DNA of 64,000 nt from Thermoplasmata archaeon (GCA_014859835.1 JACZKW010000047.1:2723-66722); one strand, 5' to 3'. Shown: positions 23,285 to 33,039, counted from the first letter of the stretch. A program made the numbers and translations. The notes: generated by a model not told the origin, from the sequence alone.

Positions 23285-24278
23285 ACTGCGAGATCGGGAT
23301 CATCCCCAGGACGATCAGGTACAGGAGCGTGACCATCATGTCGGAGTCACCTCCACCGACGATTGCCATGATCGCCATGATGAGAACAAGGAATAGGGGG
23401 AAAGCAACGACGACAGTGACGAAGGATTCGGCGAGCATGCCAAGTGTCTCCATCTGGGACTTCATGGCGAGCTTGTTCTCCTTCTGGTATTCATCCGCCT
23501 TGAGCAGGAAGTACGGCTTGAGTTGCCCACCTGATGTGGAAGTGGTGACGACACCCTGCAAGAACTCCTGGAACTTGGCCGAGGGTGACCTCTTCGAAGC
23601 CTTCTTGATGGCGGTCAGGATATCCGATCCCAGTAGTTCCGTGTCACGCGTGATCCACGAGGACTCCTCCGAGATCTCACCGTAGACCTTCTGCCTCGAG
23701 AGTTCCTTGAATATGACATCTATGTTGACATCCGCCGACGCCATGGCAGAGATGAAGCCCATCGCAGCCGCGATCCTCTTGTCGATATCCCTGCCCCTGG
23801 ACTTGGCCTTGGAGGCCGGTGATCCCATGAGCATCATGAACGCCATCATGGGTAACAGACCAATCGCTATGCCTGATATCATGATCCTAACCATTATCGA
23901 TACGCCGAGCACCCCGAAGAGGATGATGCCGACGACCACTGCTATGACCACTCCTATGGCGAATGCGATGATAGTGCTCATGAGTACATAGGCATAGTAT
24001 TCTTCGACCCGTATCCTCATATGGGCCTTGTTGAGTGATTCCTCAAGGGCCTGGTTGTTGGCGCTGGTCATCTTATCGCTCGCGAACTTGCCCATTATGC
24101 GCCAGGACAAATCCTGAAACTTGGTCAGGCTGACGTAGTCGGGGACGGCGCCCTTGGTCAATCGGACTCCATGAGGTCCGATGTCCTCCCCTCTCTGGGT
24201 CAGCTTCGTCTTGAGGTACTCTCCCTTCTTGGTCTCGACCCTCTCGAAGACATCGGAGACTTCAGGCAGAGTCGACAC
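23235..24278 (-). CDS. FlaJ/TadB-like platform membrane protein (half-size, part A)
   Basis: 347 aa, polytopic, T2SSF-like; 17-bp overlap with upstream ATPase. Confidence 0.65.
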   Translation of the reverse strand: MSTLPEVSDVFERVETKKGEYLKTKLTQRGEDIGPHGVRLTKGAVPDYVSLTKFQDLSWRIMGKFASDKMTSANNQALEESLNKAHMRIRVEEYYAYVLMSTIIAFAIGVVIAVVVGIILFGVLGVSIMVRIMISGIAIGLLPMMAFMMLMGSPASKAKSRGRDIDKRIAAAMGFISAMASADVNIDVIFKELSRQKVYGEISEESSWITRDTELLGSDILTAIKKASKRSPSAKFQEFLQGVVTTSTSGGQLKPYFLLKADEYQKENKLAMKSQMETLGMLAESFVTVVVAFPLFLVLIMAIMAIVGGGDSDMMVTLLYLIVLGMIPISQFGFIFVIWNMSQEGAM

Positions 24279-26022
24279 CTCCTGTCGGCATCTTCAAACC
24301 GCTCTGGGAGGCTGCCGGGTACATTTCCTTTCGAGCCATTTCCGCCACTCCCTTCGGGTCCTTGTAATATGATTTGATGATGTTCCAGATGTCCACATGG
24401 TCAGACATGTCCTTCGATACCATGTATTTCACGATATCCACACGGCGCTCGAATTCCTCCAGCAGTTCCTCGTGTGTCAGGTTCTTCATTTCCATGATCT
24501 TGTCAAACAGGAAACTGTGGCCCTTGAAGATGAACTTGTCCGTGGCCTGATCCCATTCGTAGACCGTGTTGCTGATGAGCTCGTTCGTTTCGGGTTCGAA
24601 ACCGACGATTTCGATGAGCTGCTTGATTCTCCTGACCATGTCCATTCCTACTCTTGCATGTGTCTGGATGATGACATTCCTGAGGGCAGTGAGCAGAATT
24701 CTGGGACAATTGATCGGTGGGTTCTCAAGCCTGTTGACCATGCCCTTGACAGAATCCGCGTGCATGGTCGAGAAGGTCGTGTGACCGGTCGCCATCGCTT
24801 GGAACATGGTGTAGGTCTCCTTTCCTCTCACCTCTCCGACGATGATATAGTTCGGCCTCTGTCTCAACGCGGCCCTGACGAGGTCGTACATATCTATCTC
24901 ACCCGCGGCCTTTCCGTCCGGCCCTCGCTCACCTGAGCCAGATCTTGTCGTGGCGGGAATCCAGTTCTCATGAGGTAGGTTGATCTCTCTTGTATCCTCC
25001 ATGGTGACGATTTTGGCACCAGGGGGTATGAATAGTGACATGGCGTTGAGCGTCGCCGTCTTTCCACTAGCCGTGCCTCCGGCTATGATGGCCGACTCTC
25101 CATGCTCCACACCGAGCCACAGATACGCGACTATCTCTGGTGATGCCGTGCCGTACTTGATCAGTTCGACCGGCGTGAACGGTTTCTCCTTGAATCGTCT
25201 GATTGTGAACGAGGCACCCCTCGTGGTCACTTCTCTCGCATAGGTCGCCTGGACTCTGTGCCCTTCCGGCGTAGTACCGTCTAGTATGGGGTTCGAGACG
25301 GAGAGCTGCTTCCCACATCTCTGGCCAAGCGATATGACGAACGAGTTGAGGTCATCCTCATCCTCGAACACGACATTGGTCTTGATGGATTCGAACTTGC
25401 TATGGAACAGGAACAGTGGGATGCCTACGCCATCGCAGGATACGTCTTCGACATGAGTGTCGCTAATCATTGCATCTATGGGACCATATCCGACGAAATC
25501 CCTCGTGATGAAGTACTTCACCTTGTCTTCCGAGATCGGTTCGAGTCTGATACCCCTCGACTTGATGTAGCTGTCCACGCTCCTCTCCAGGTAGGTCTTC
25601 TTGTTCATGTGGTCGAGCTTCGCCCACTCGTAATCGAGGATCATCTCGAAGGTGGCCTTGATCTTCTTCAACAACGCATCTTCGTCTTCGGTCAGCACCG
25701 GCTCGATCACGCTCATTATGTAATCGCTAGTGGCTGCGTTGTAAGTAACCCTCACATAGCTGAACGGATCAACCACTGGATAGAATGCCATCTCCTGGAT
25801 ATCAGGATCCGTTATGGGGGGGATCTCGGTGTACGGTGACCCCTTCCCGTCCTTCCACTGCTTCCTCCTAGCAGCTGCACCCTTCGCGGATTTGATTTTG
25901 ATGGGTTCGGATTTGAGCCTGCTCACAGCGTTGATGTATCCATGCCAGATGCGAGCGCCTATTGGCTGCTTAGGGACTTTAACGGGTATGTCATATTCAA
26001 TTTTCGCATCTGCCTCAGACAA
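24262..26022 (-). CDS. FlaI/TadA/VirB11-family secretion-pilus ATPase (paralogue A)
   Basis: IIAGGTASGKTATLNAMSLFIPP Walker A, GEVRGKE, His box; clearly paralogous to 20550..22304. Confidence 0.85.
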   Translation of the reverse strand: MSEADAKIEYDIPVKVPKQPIGARIWHGYINAVSRLKSEPIKIKSAKGAAARRKQWKDGKGSPYTEIPPITDPDIQEMAFYPVVDPFSYVRVTYNAATSDYIMSVIEPVLTEDEDALLKKIKATFEMILDYEWAKLDHMNKKTYLERSVDSYIKSRGIRLEPISEDKVKYFITRDFVGYGPIDAMISDTHVEDVSCDGVGIPLFLFHSKFESIKTNVVFEDEDDLNSFVISLGQRCGKQLSVSNPILDGTTPEGHRVQATYAREVTTRGASFTIRRFKEKPFTPVELIKYGTASPEIVAYLWLGVEHGESAIIAGGTASGKTATLNAMSLFIPPGAKIVTMEDTREINLPHENWIPATTRSGSGERGPDGKAAGEIDMYDLVRAALRQRPNYIIVGEVRGKETYTMFQAMATGHTTFSTMHADSVKGMVNRLENPPINCPRILLTALRNVIIQTHARVGMDMVRRIKQLIEIVGFEPETNELISNTVYEWDQATDKFIFKGHSFLFDKIMEMKNLTHEELLEEFERRVDIVKYMVSKDMSDHVDIWNIIKSYYKDPKGVAEMARKEMYPAASQSGLKMPTGGVDSA

Positions 26023-26032
26023 AAGCTCACCT

Positions 26033-27223
26033 CTAAGGGGCCACCTCGCCCAGTGTTACCAGGATCGTCGCGTGCGTGTGGTCCAAAACGTTCACATCCT
26101 TGATCGTGACTGTCAATGTGTAGTAATCGTTCTGGGTGCCTTCCGAATCATGTAGCGTGAGAGGTCCTATTGAGAAGTCAGTATCGTATGTCAAGCCCGC
26201 CATCGAGTTGTTGAGCGCCTTGTTGAAATAGGTCAGCCAAGCGTTTCCGTGCTTGCTCACTATCGTGAACGTGAGGTCAGCTCCCACATCGCTTTCGTAT
26301 ACATTGGTGTTGGCATAGAGGAGATCAACGTATATCCCCTTCGTGCCAGTCCCACCCACGGTCTTGTCCAGGCCTAGCATCGAGACCTGTGTAAGCTTGA
26401 CAACTCGGCTCGTGTCAACCCCTGCAACGATATTCGTGACCGAGAACTGAAGCCCCGCTATGATATATTCTCCATCTGACTGGTTGAGTATCAGGGCACC
26501 GCAATCATAGGTCAGGTGCTGCTCGACATAATACCTGTTAGGTGCATAGAAGTCGATGTATCCGCCAGCGTGTCCGTCATCGCTTGTGCTCAATGTCTGC
26601 TCGTCGCCTACGAATGTCGCATTGAACGATGGATACCCGGTGGTGGATTGAGAACCGAACTGTAATATTCCAGCTGTCGGTGCAGCGAATATCGGTATGC
26701 CCTGGGCATGTAAAGTTATCGGGACGAAAACGGGAGTAGGGGCCAGAAGGCTGTTCGAATAATCCGCGACCAGCCCGTCGACCTGGGACTTGAGGTAGAT
26801 CATCTGCTGGACAACTGTCGCCATATGCGCGCTCTCGTTATCGCTCATCCAGACAGGGACGAACTGGTTGGTGAACATGCCCATGAACGTAAGGAACACA
26901 AGCAGCGACATGATGGTGCCGATTGTAGAGGCAACCCCCTCATCATCGTTCCATCTCGGCGATCGCTTAATACGGCCAATAACGGAGTTTCCAGAATAGC
27001 TATTTCGAATTTCTGACAAGTCCATCCTACCACCGAAGGGGGGTTTCTGAAGCAACCTAATCAGCGTCTGAAGCATATTTAAAGTCTTCGTTTCTGGTAT
27101 CGTCTGGAATACACCTTTTTTTGCCACCCCAGATCGATCGGATTCGCCTGGTCGTATGGACCATCGATGTTGATCAATCTCGTCCGACCCCCTCATCGAT
27201 ACCGTCGATTTCAGTTCTTGCAC
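26033..27223 (-). CDS. signal-anchored extracellular beta-rich protein, first gene of the pilus-like operon (pilin-like/pilus-associated candidate)
   Basis: single N-proximal hydrophobic segment VASTIGTIMSLLVFLTFMGMF preceded by charged RIKRSPRWNDDEG, then Thr/Ser/Asn-rich beta-type sequence; GTG start at 27223 (in-frame ATG at 27196); 10-bp gap to ATPase A. Confidence 0.4.
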   Translation of the reverse strand: MQELKSTVSMRGSDEIDQHRWSIRPGESDRSGVAKKGVFQTIPETKTLNMLQTLIRLLQKPPFGGRMDLSEIRNSYSGNSVIGRIKRSPRWNDDEGVASTIGTIMSLLVFLTFMGMFTNQFVPVWMSDNESAHMATVVQQMIYLKSQVDGLVADYSNSLLAPTPVFVPITLHAQGIPIFAAPTAGILQFGSQSTTGYPSFNATFVGDEQTLSTSDDGHAGGYIDFYAPNRYYVEQHLTYDCGALILNQSDGEYIIAGLQFSVTNIVAGVDTSRVVKLTQVSMLGLDKTVGGTGTKGIYVDLLYANTNVYESDVGADLTFTIVSKHGNAWLTYFNKALNNSMAGLTYDTDFSIGPLTLHDSEGTQNDYYTLTVTIKDVNVLDHTHATILVTLGEVAP

Positions 27224-27245
27224 TCCGCATGATGCGAATCACCGA

Positions 27246-27258
27246 AGATTTAATACCG
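27246..27258 (-). promoter_or_regulatory. TATA-like element (GGTATTAAATC on minus strand) ~25 nt upstream of pilus-operon start
   Basis: AT-rich box between tRNA-Phe and start of 26033..27223. Confidence 0.3.
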
Positions 27259-27289
27259 AGTTCCGCCTAACTGCCCTTCCCAGCATCGA

Positions 27290-27365
27290 GCCGTGGTAAC
27301 TCAGTTGGGAGAGTGCAAGACTGAAGATCTTGAAGTCGCTGGTTCGAGTCCGGCCCACGGCACCA
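27290..27365 (+). tRNA. tRNA-Phe (GAA), CCA encoded
   Basis: GCCGTGG-TA-ACTC..GAGT-G-CAAGA-CTGAAGA-TCTTG-AAGTC-GCTGG-TTCGAGT-CCGGC-CCACGGC-A-CCA. Confidence 0.9.
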
Positions 27366-27475
27366 TTCCCTTGTCCAGGGTGGTCGAGGTGTTGCCCCTC
27401 GATCTGCAACCCTTTATTGGAATAGATTCATGTCCTTGGTACGTCCTATACGCGACAGGACGGAGGAGAACAAGA

Positions 27476-27913
27476 ATGCCGATCAAATCATTCGAACTAG
27501 TGTCGCTCGATGCGAAGAGATTCACGAAATTGGGGGAACGGGTTCCTCAGCTCAGGGTCGATCACAATACTTCAGTGACGAGCATATCGGCGATGTCCGA
27601 GAAGGATGCCATGGTGGAATTCACATTCACCGTCAGCTATGTCGGCGTCGGGATAATCAAGATCGAAGGTAAAGTCGTATGGGACGGGGAAGCCCAAACA
27701 ATCGCGTCCCAATGGGCCAACAAGAAGGAGCTCCCTCAGACTGTATTCAACCCTATCCTGAACGCGATCTTCGCGAACTGCATGCCCGCAACCGTCACCG
27801 TGGCGCGGGACATAGGCCTGCCACCGCCGTTGCCGCCTCCGCAAGTCGCGATGAAGCGGAACGCCAAGATGCCGGGCGGGAAGGACCATAAATCGTCGAT
27901 GGAAGTGGCCTGA
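27476..27913 (+). CDS. hypothetical protein (145 aa, Pro-rich C-terminus)
   Basis: ORF-track start 27293 overlaps tRNA-Phe; in-frame ATG at 27476 has GGAGG 10 nt upstream. Confidence 0.45.
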   Translation: MPIKSFELVSLDAKRFTKLGERVPQLRVDHNTSVTSISAMSEKDAMVEFTFTVSYVGVGIIKIEGKVVWDGEAQTIASQWANKKELPQTVFNPILNAIFANCMPATVTVARDIGLPPPLPPPQVAMKRNAKMPGGKDHKSSMEVA

Positions 27914-27928
27914 TAGGCCTACGTTCTC

Positions 27929-30310
27929 TCATCTTATGTGGTCAAGCGAGAACGATCCGATGTTCAGTCCGGATTTGGTGAAAGAGTATCTTATGAAGGC
28001 TCTTGACTGAACCTCGCAGATACCCTTCACCGATAGGAACATGTTCAGGTTCTCGAGTTTGAACTCGATCATGCCGTCCATGAGCGATCCGAGCATCTGG
28101 ATCTCCTGATCTCCATGGACGCCCTTCTCGATCGTGTACATCGAGACCGCCTTGTCTCTCTTCCTTCTGCCGGCGACTGGACTGAGGAATCTGAATGCTG
28201 TGTTCGGGTCCAGATACGCTATGAGTGTGGAGATCGATCTGAACGCCATCCTATAGTATTCGTGGTCTTTCTTGAACCCTTTGGCGGCCTTCTCCAGCGC
28301 CTTCTGGATCGATTCATAATCAGTTGGCGCCTCGACGTATTCAGTGTACGGGTCCTCGGTCTCGTCACCCATGCTCCGGGAATAAGTGTCCACGTATCTG
28401 ACGAGCCCCCTGCTCTCATATTCCTCGTATCCTGAGAGCACGAACATCATCTCGTTCCTGATCTCCTTAGGTGATTTCTCGGTGATGACCCATATCGCAG
28501 GGATGCCTTTCTTCAACCCCTCTGCGATGAATGAATTCATGAGTACTTCCTTGCCCGTGAAGGGCGGACCATAAATCAGCATGTTCGACCCGAAGGGCGC
28601 GCCGCCCAGAAGCAGATCATCGAGTCTGGTGGTCCCAGTCTTGACCTTCTCCTGCTTGAGTTCGATGAGCCTGTCCTGCTCCCTCTTCTCAATCTCATCT
28701 GTTATGAGCCCCTGCTCCCTCGCACGGAGTTCGTCCTCCTTCATCGAGAAGTACTTCTCCTTGTTCCTAATCTCCTCTTCCTTCTCGGTGATCTGCCCCT
28801 GCAACTCTTCGAGGCGTTGCTTCGTGGTTAATTCGTCAGTGTTCATGAGGCTGGCTTTCTGCTGGGAGGCCCTCTTCAGTTCCTCCTCCAGGAGCCTCTC
28901 CCTGAACATCAGGTCTTCCTCTCGGCGGATCATCTCCTGCTCTTTGTAGGCCAACGGTTCCTTGAGCTTCCTCGTCTCGTCGTCTCGTATCCTCAACTCT
29001 TCCTTCAGCTTCTCGATCTCTTGCTCTCTCAGAGCGAACGACCGCTCGAGGTTCTGGGCCTGTTCCAACCTCTTCATCAGCTCCGGGTCCAGCACGGAAC
29101 CCTTCATCTCTGATATCTTCGCTTTCTCTTCCAGATGCTTCATGTCGAATTCTGTCCGGGAGAGCTTCGCCTCCAATCCGTGTATCTGCTCGTTGAGCTC
29201 GCGTTCCTTGGCGGAGGACTCCTCCAGCTCCTTGATGCGTTCTTCACTGTCCGAAGGCCCTCTGCCATAGGACATTATGCCTTCCTGGAGCGTGTTCTCC
29301 TTGGCCTTGAGCTGTAACTCATAGGCATCGATCTGTGCCATCCTCTGCGATAGCTCGATCTCCTGGCGCTTGAGGGTCTGTGCATCCACTGGCATCTCGG
29401 CGATACCCTTCTCCGTCTTTTCCCTGAAATCCCTCAGTTGGCTCTCGAGCTCCATGACTTTCAGTTCGAGATCCTCCTTCCGGGCCATCTCGGACGCGAG
29501 CTTGTCCGCGAGGTTCTCCGCATCAGCTGGCGCCCCCTGTTGCTTCTTGATGAACTTGATGACTGCGATACTTCCGCGTTTGACGTTCTCCAGCTCCTCC
29601 TCCAGTTGTTTCCTGTGAACGCGCTCGGCCTCGACTTCGCTCTTCGTGTGGGCTAATTGTTCAAGGACGGCCTGAGGATTGAACCCATCCGTCTCGAACT
29701 GCTTCAGCGTCTGTCTCAGTGTTTCGCGGAGTTGTGTGATCTCCTCTCCGTGCTCGAGCATCTCCTCGGGCACGCTCTTCTTAGGTATGGAGGCGCTCTT
29801 GATCTTGGGCTCATCGAGCCATGACTCAAGCCCCTCCTCGGTGCCAGCGAGCCATTTGGCCAGTGAATCATCATGGGTGAGTCCCGGTTCGGTCGTGGCC
29901 ACCGCTTCCTTCTCCTCATGGTTCTCGCCAGAGATCCATGCGGACAGACCTTCGTCCTCCCCAGCCAGCCAATGGGCGAGTTCCTTGTTCTCAGGGTTCA
30001 CCTGCGATCGGGCACCCTTGAGTATCTTTGCGGCTAATTTGTCCCCAATGCCTTTGATCCCGGCCAGTTCGCCAAGGTCTGCATTCTGCAGGTCATTGAC
30101 ATTCCTATAGCCGGCTTTGAGCAATAAATGAGCCTTTGCCTCGCCGACTCCCGGGACCGACATAAGTCTCTCGACGTCCCCCTCGCCCGAAGGAGAATCC
30201 TCTACCAAGGGGGCAGCACAGTGCTCACAACTGCCCTCGGAAACGGAAGACTCCTGCCCGCAATTCGGACATAAGGCGTGTCGCTTTTCCGCGTCATCTT
30301 TTTTCGGCAT
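27929..30310 (-). CDS. zinc ribbon + helix-hairpin-helix + long coiled coil + C-terminal KaiC-like RecA-fold domain (degenerate Walker A)
   Basis: CPNCGQ...CEHCAAPL; HhH GVGEAKAHLLLKAGYRNVNDL...IKGIGDKLAAKI; ~400 aa E/K/R/L/Q heptad region; TRLDDLLLGGAPFGSNMLIYGPPFTGKEV (KaiC-like, Ser/Thr of P-loop replaced by Glu). Confidence 0.75.
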   Translation of the reverse strand: MPKKDDAEKRHALCPNCGQESSVSEGSCEHCAAPLVEDSPSGEGDVERLMSVPGVGEAKAHLLLKAGYRNVNDLQNADLGELAGIKGIGDKLAAKILKGARSQVNPENKELAHWLAGEDEGLSAWISGENHEEKEAVATTEPGLTHDDSLAKWLAGTEEGLESWLDEPKIKSASIPKKSVPEEMLEHGEEITQLRETLRQTLKQFETDGFNPQAVLEQLAHTKSEVEAERVHRKQLEEELENVKRGSIAVIKFIKKQQGAPADAENLADKLASEMARKEDLELKVMELESQLRDFREKTEKGIAEMPVDAQTLKRQEIELSQRMAQIDAYELQLKAKENTLQEGIMSYGRGPSDSEERIKELEESSAKERELNEQIHGLEAKLSRTEFDMKHLEEKAKISEMKGSVLDPELMKRLEQAQNLERSFALREQEIEKLKEELRIRDDETRKLKEPLAYKEQEMIRREEDLMFRERLLEEELKRASQQKASLMNTDELTTKQRLEELQGQITEKEEEIRNKEKYFSMKEDELRAREQGLITDEIEKREQDRLIELKQEKVKTGTTRLDDLLLGGAPFGSNMLIYGPPFTGKEVLMNSFIAEGLKKGIPAIWVITEKSPKEIRNEMMFVLSGYEEYESRGLVRYVDTYSRSMGDETEDPYTEYVEAPTDYESIQKALEKAAKGFKKDHEYYRMAFRSISTLIAYLDPNTAFRFLSPVAGRRKRDKAVSMYTIEKGVHGDQEIQMLGSLMDGMIEFKLENLNMFLSVKGICEVQSRAFIRYSFTKSGLNIGSFSLDHIR

Positions 30311-30627
30311 TCTTGTTCTCCTCTGAGCTTCGAATGGGTCGGACTTGTGAAATCAACTCTAGGGGTTATCATTAATCCCAATATAGCACGTTTTCCCATA
30401 ATGTGCCCCATGTAGTGCATTCGAGACTATGAATATGCTAAATAACCTGGTCTCCATATATATACTTGCTCGGCCCGTGTTCGGAGGCCAGTTATTCTGA
30501 ATTCATCTATCGGTTACTTCAGGCTAGACACATCGTATCGCGTGGTTATAGGTCGGTCCGTACCTCGCACTCCTCTATAGACTCGACCAAAAGGCCAATA
30601 ACCCACGCATTGATTCTTAGATGCAAA

Positions 30628-33039
30628 ATGACTGGAGACAGGGGTACGAAGGACAAGAAGGAACGGATCGGAGTCTATGTGTGTCACTGTGGCACTAATA
30701 TAGGTGGCACGGTGGACTGCAAGCTGGTGACGGACTATGCCGGCACTCTGGATGATGTAGTGGTCAGTAGGGATAACATCTACACATGCTCCGAGCCGGG
30801 CCAGAATCAGATAGCCGAAGATATCAAGAAACATGGTCTCACGAAGGTCGTTGTCGCATCATGCTCTCCGAAGATGCACGAGAAGACCTTCAGGAAGACC
30901 CTCCAGGACGCAGGTCTGAACCCGTACGTCCTTGAGGTGATCAACCTGAGGGAACAATGCTCATGGGTGCACAAGGACAAAGCAGAGGCGACCAAGAAGG
31001 CCAAGGACCTCGTGCGCGGCGGCGTGTCTCGTGCGGCCCACCTGGAAGGTCTCAATCCCAAAGAGATTGAGCTCTCCAAGGATGTGCTTGTCATCGGCGG
31101 CGGGATCGCGGGGATATCATCCGCCCTCCAGCTGGCAAATTCTGGATATCAGGTCCATCTGATCGAACGGAACCCGAGCATTGGTGGGAGGATGGCTCAG
31201 CTCAGCAAGACCTTCCCCACCCTCGACTGTGCTCCGTGCATCCTCAGCCCGAGAATGGTCGACATTGCATCGCATCCGAGGATTGCGCTGTACACAAGGT
31301 CTGAGGTCATATCCGTATCCGGTTCTCCAGGCAACTATTCCGTACGAGTGAGGGTGGCGCCGAGGGGCGTAGATCTAAAGAAATGCATCGGGTGCGCGAA
31401 GTGCGAGAAGGTGTGCCCGGTGAAGGTCCCCGACGAATTCGAGGAAGGATTGTACGAGCGCAAAGCGATCTACAAACCGTTCCCGCAGGCAGTCCCTGCG
31501 GCTTACGTGGTCGATTTCGACAACTGTAAGGAGTGCGGAGCATGCGAGAAGGTCTGCTCCGCCCATGCGATAGATCTGGATGAGAAGGAGCGATTCGAGG
31601 ACCTCGAGGTAGGTGCGGTCGTGATCGCAACGGGCTTCGACCTCTTCGATGTCAGGAAGCTCGGAGAATACGACACGTCGATTCCCGATGTCATCACAGC
31701 GACCCAGATGGAGCGGCTGATGATCAACGAGTGCGGAGCTGGGATGGTCCTCAAACGCAAGACCGATGGCAACAGGGTGAAGAAGGTCGCCCTCGTACTA
31801 TGTGCAGGTTCGCGGACGCGCAAGGTAGGCATGCCATATTGCAGCAAGATATGCTGCAACTATGCGATCAAGCAGGCCGTGATTCTCAGGAAGACCTTCC
31901 CATACATGCAGGTTTACATCTACTATATAGACATCCGATCGGCTGGCCGCGGGTTCGAGGAGTTCTATGTCCGCTCACAGGAGGAATTCAATGTCAAGTA
32001 CATGCACGGCCGTGTTTCCGACATCCAGAAGGGTAAGAACGGCATCATGGTCCGAGCGGAGGATGTCACTCTCGGAGAGGTCATAGAGAACGAATTCGAC
32101 ATGGTCGTCCTATGCACCTCGATGATGCCTTCGGAAGGGACTGACACACTGGCGCGCACACTCAAGGTACCTCTCGGGGAAGACGGGTTTGTATCAGAGA
32201 AGCATCCAAAGCTCGACCCTGTGTCCTCGCACCGGTCAGGCATTTTCGCTGCGGGTGCGATTCTGGGGCCAAAAGACGTTCGGGACAGTGTCGTGGATGG
32301 GAGGAGCGCCGCTGCCCATGTGATCGAGTTCCTCGGGTCCGGGAAGATGCTGCTCGACCCAGTCAAAGCTCTGATTGTGGATGCGAGCAGGTGCATTCAG
32401 TGTGGGGCATGTGAGTTAATCTGTCCTGTACATGCGATAACCGTCAGCGACATGCCTCTGATCGATCAGATCGCATGCATCGGTTGTGGCGCCTGCGTAT
32501 CCGAGTGTCCTACACATGTGTTCGATCTCGCGCACTACACTGACGCGCAGGTCGATGCCGAAGTCCGCGGCCTTTTGGCAGAACCGTCAGAAGATGTGAG
32601 GATAGTCGGCTTCTTCGGTGACATCCTGGCATACGTCGCAGCCGACTCGGCCGGTACTGCACGCATGGAATATCCGACCACCTTGAGAATTCTTAGGGTG
32701 CCTTCTGCAGCCAGAGTTGCGCGGAGGGAGATACTGTTGACATTCGCAAACGGTGCGGACGGCGTCATGCTGTCCGATGAGGAAGGGGGCGAGGTGGCGG
32801 AGATCGTCGAGCGCCGCGTGAAGGCGCTCATCCCAGAATTGGACCAGCTTGGGATTGGCAAGGAACGCCTAACCTTCGTCCCGATGCTCCTGCCGATCTA
32901 CAAGGTCCTGCCGAAGTTCGTGGACACTTTCGACAAGAAGATCAAGCAGCTGGGCCGACTTTCGAAAGAGGCGAGGAAGAACGCTCTCGAAGCCGCAGAA
33001 GAGCAATATAATCCCGTGTTCAAGAAGCGCCCTGAATAG
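30628..33039 (+). CDS. hdrA: heterodisulfide reductase subunit A-like flavoprotein fused to MvhD-like domain
   Basis: VYVCHCGTNIGG, FAD-binding VLVIGGGIAGISSALQLA, 4Fe-4S ferredoxin motifs CKECGACEKVC/CIQCGACELICP/CIGCGACVSECP, C-terminal MvhD-like region; start moved to ATG 30628 (MTGDRG...). Confidence 0.8.
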   Translation: MTGDRGTKDKKERIGVYVCHCGTNIGGTVDCKLVTDYAGTLDDVVVSRDNIYTCSEPGQNQIAEDIKKHGLTKVVVASCSPKMHEKTFRKTLQDAGLNPYVLEVINLREQCSWVHKDKAEATKKAKDLVRGGVSRAAHLEGLNPKEIELSKDVLVIGGGIAGISSALQLANSGYQVHLIERNPSIGGRMAQLSKTFPTLDCAPCILSPRMVDIASHPRIALYTRSEVISVSGSPGNYSVRVRVAPRGVDLKKCIGCAKCEKVCPVKVPDEFEEGLYERKAIYKPFPQAVPAAYVVDFDNCKECGACEKVCSAHAIDLDEKERFEDLEVGAVVIATGFDLFDVRKLGEYDTSIPDVITATQMERLMINECGAGMVLKRKTDGNRVKKVALVLCAGSRTRKVGMPYCSKICCNYAIKQAVILRKTFPYMQVYIYYIDIRSAGRGFEEFYVRSQEEFNVKYMHGRVSDIQKGKNGIMVRAEDVTLGEVIENEFDMVVLCTSMMPSEGTDTLARTLKVPLGEDGFVSEKHPKLDPVSSHRSGIFAAGAILGPKDVRDSVVDGRSAAAHVIEFLGSGKMLLDPVKALIVDASRCIQCGACELICPVHAITVSDMPLIDQIACIGCGACVSECPTHVFDLAHYTDAQVDAEVRGLLAEPSEDVRIVGFFGDILAYVAADSAGTARMEYPTTLRILRVPSAARVARREILLTFANGADGVMLSDEEGGEVAEIVERRVKALIPELDQLGIGKERLTFVPMLLPIYKVLPKFVDTFDKKIKQLGRLSKEARKNALEAAEEQYNPVFKKRPE

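Noticed and set aside
26033-27223. Calling the first operon gene a type IV pilin
   Set aside because: The junction before the hydrophobic segment is DDEG/VAST, not the [KR][GA] class III signal-peptidase motif, and the protein is 396 aa. Kept only as a signal-anchored pilus-associated candidate.
28581-30110. Ser/Leu-rich + strand ORFs (82-143 aa) opposite 27929..30310
   Set aside because: Antisense to the coiled-coil gene (GAG/AAG/CTC-rich codons read backwards give Ser/Leu/Phe runs)
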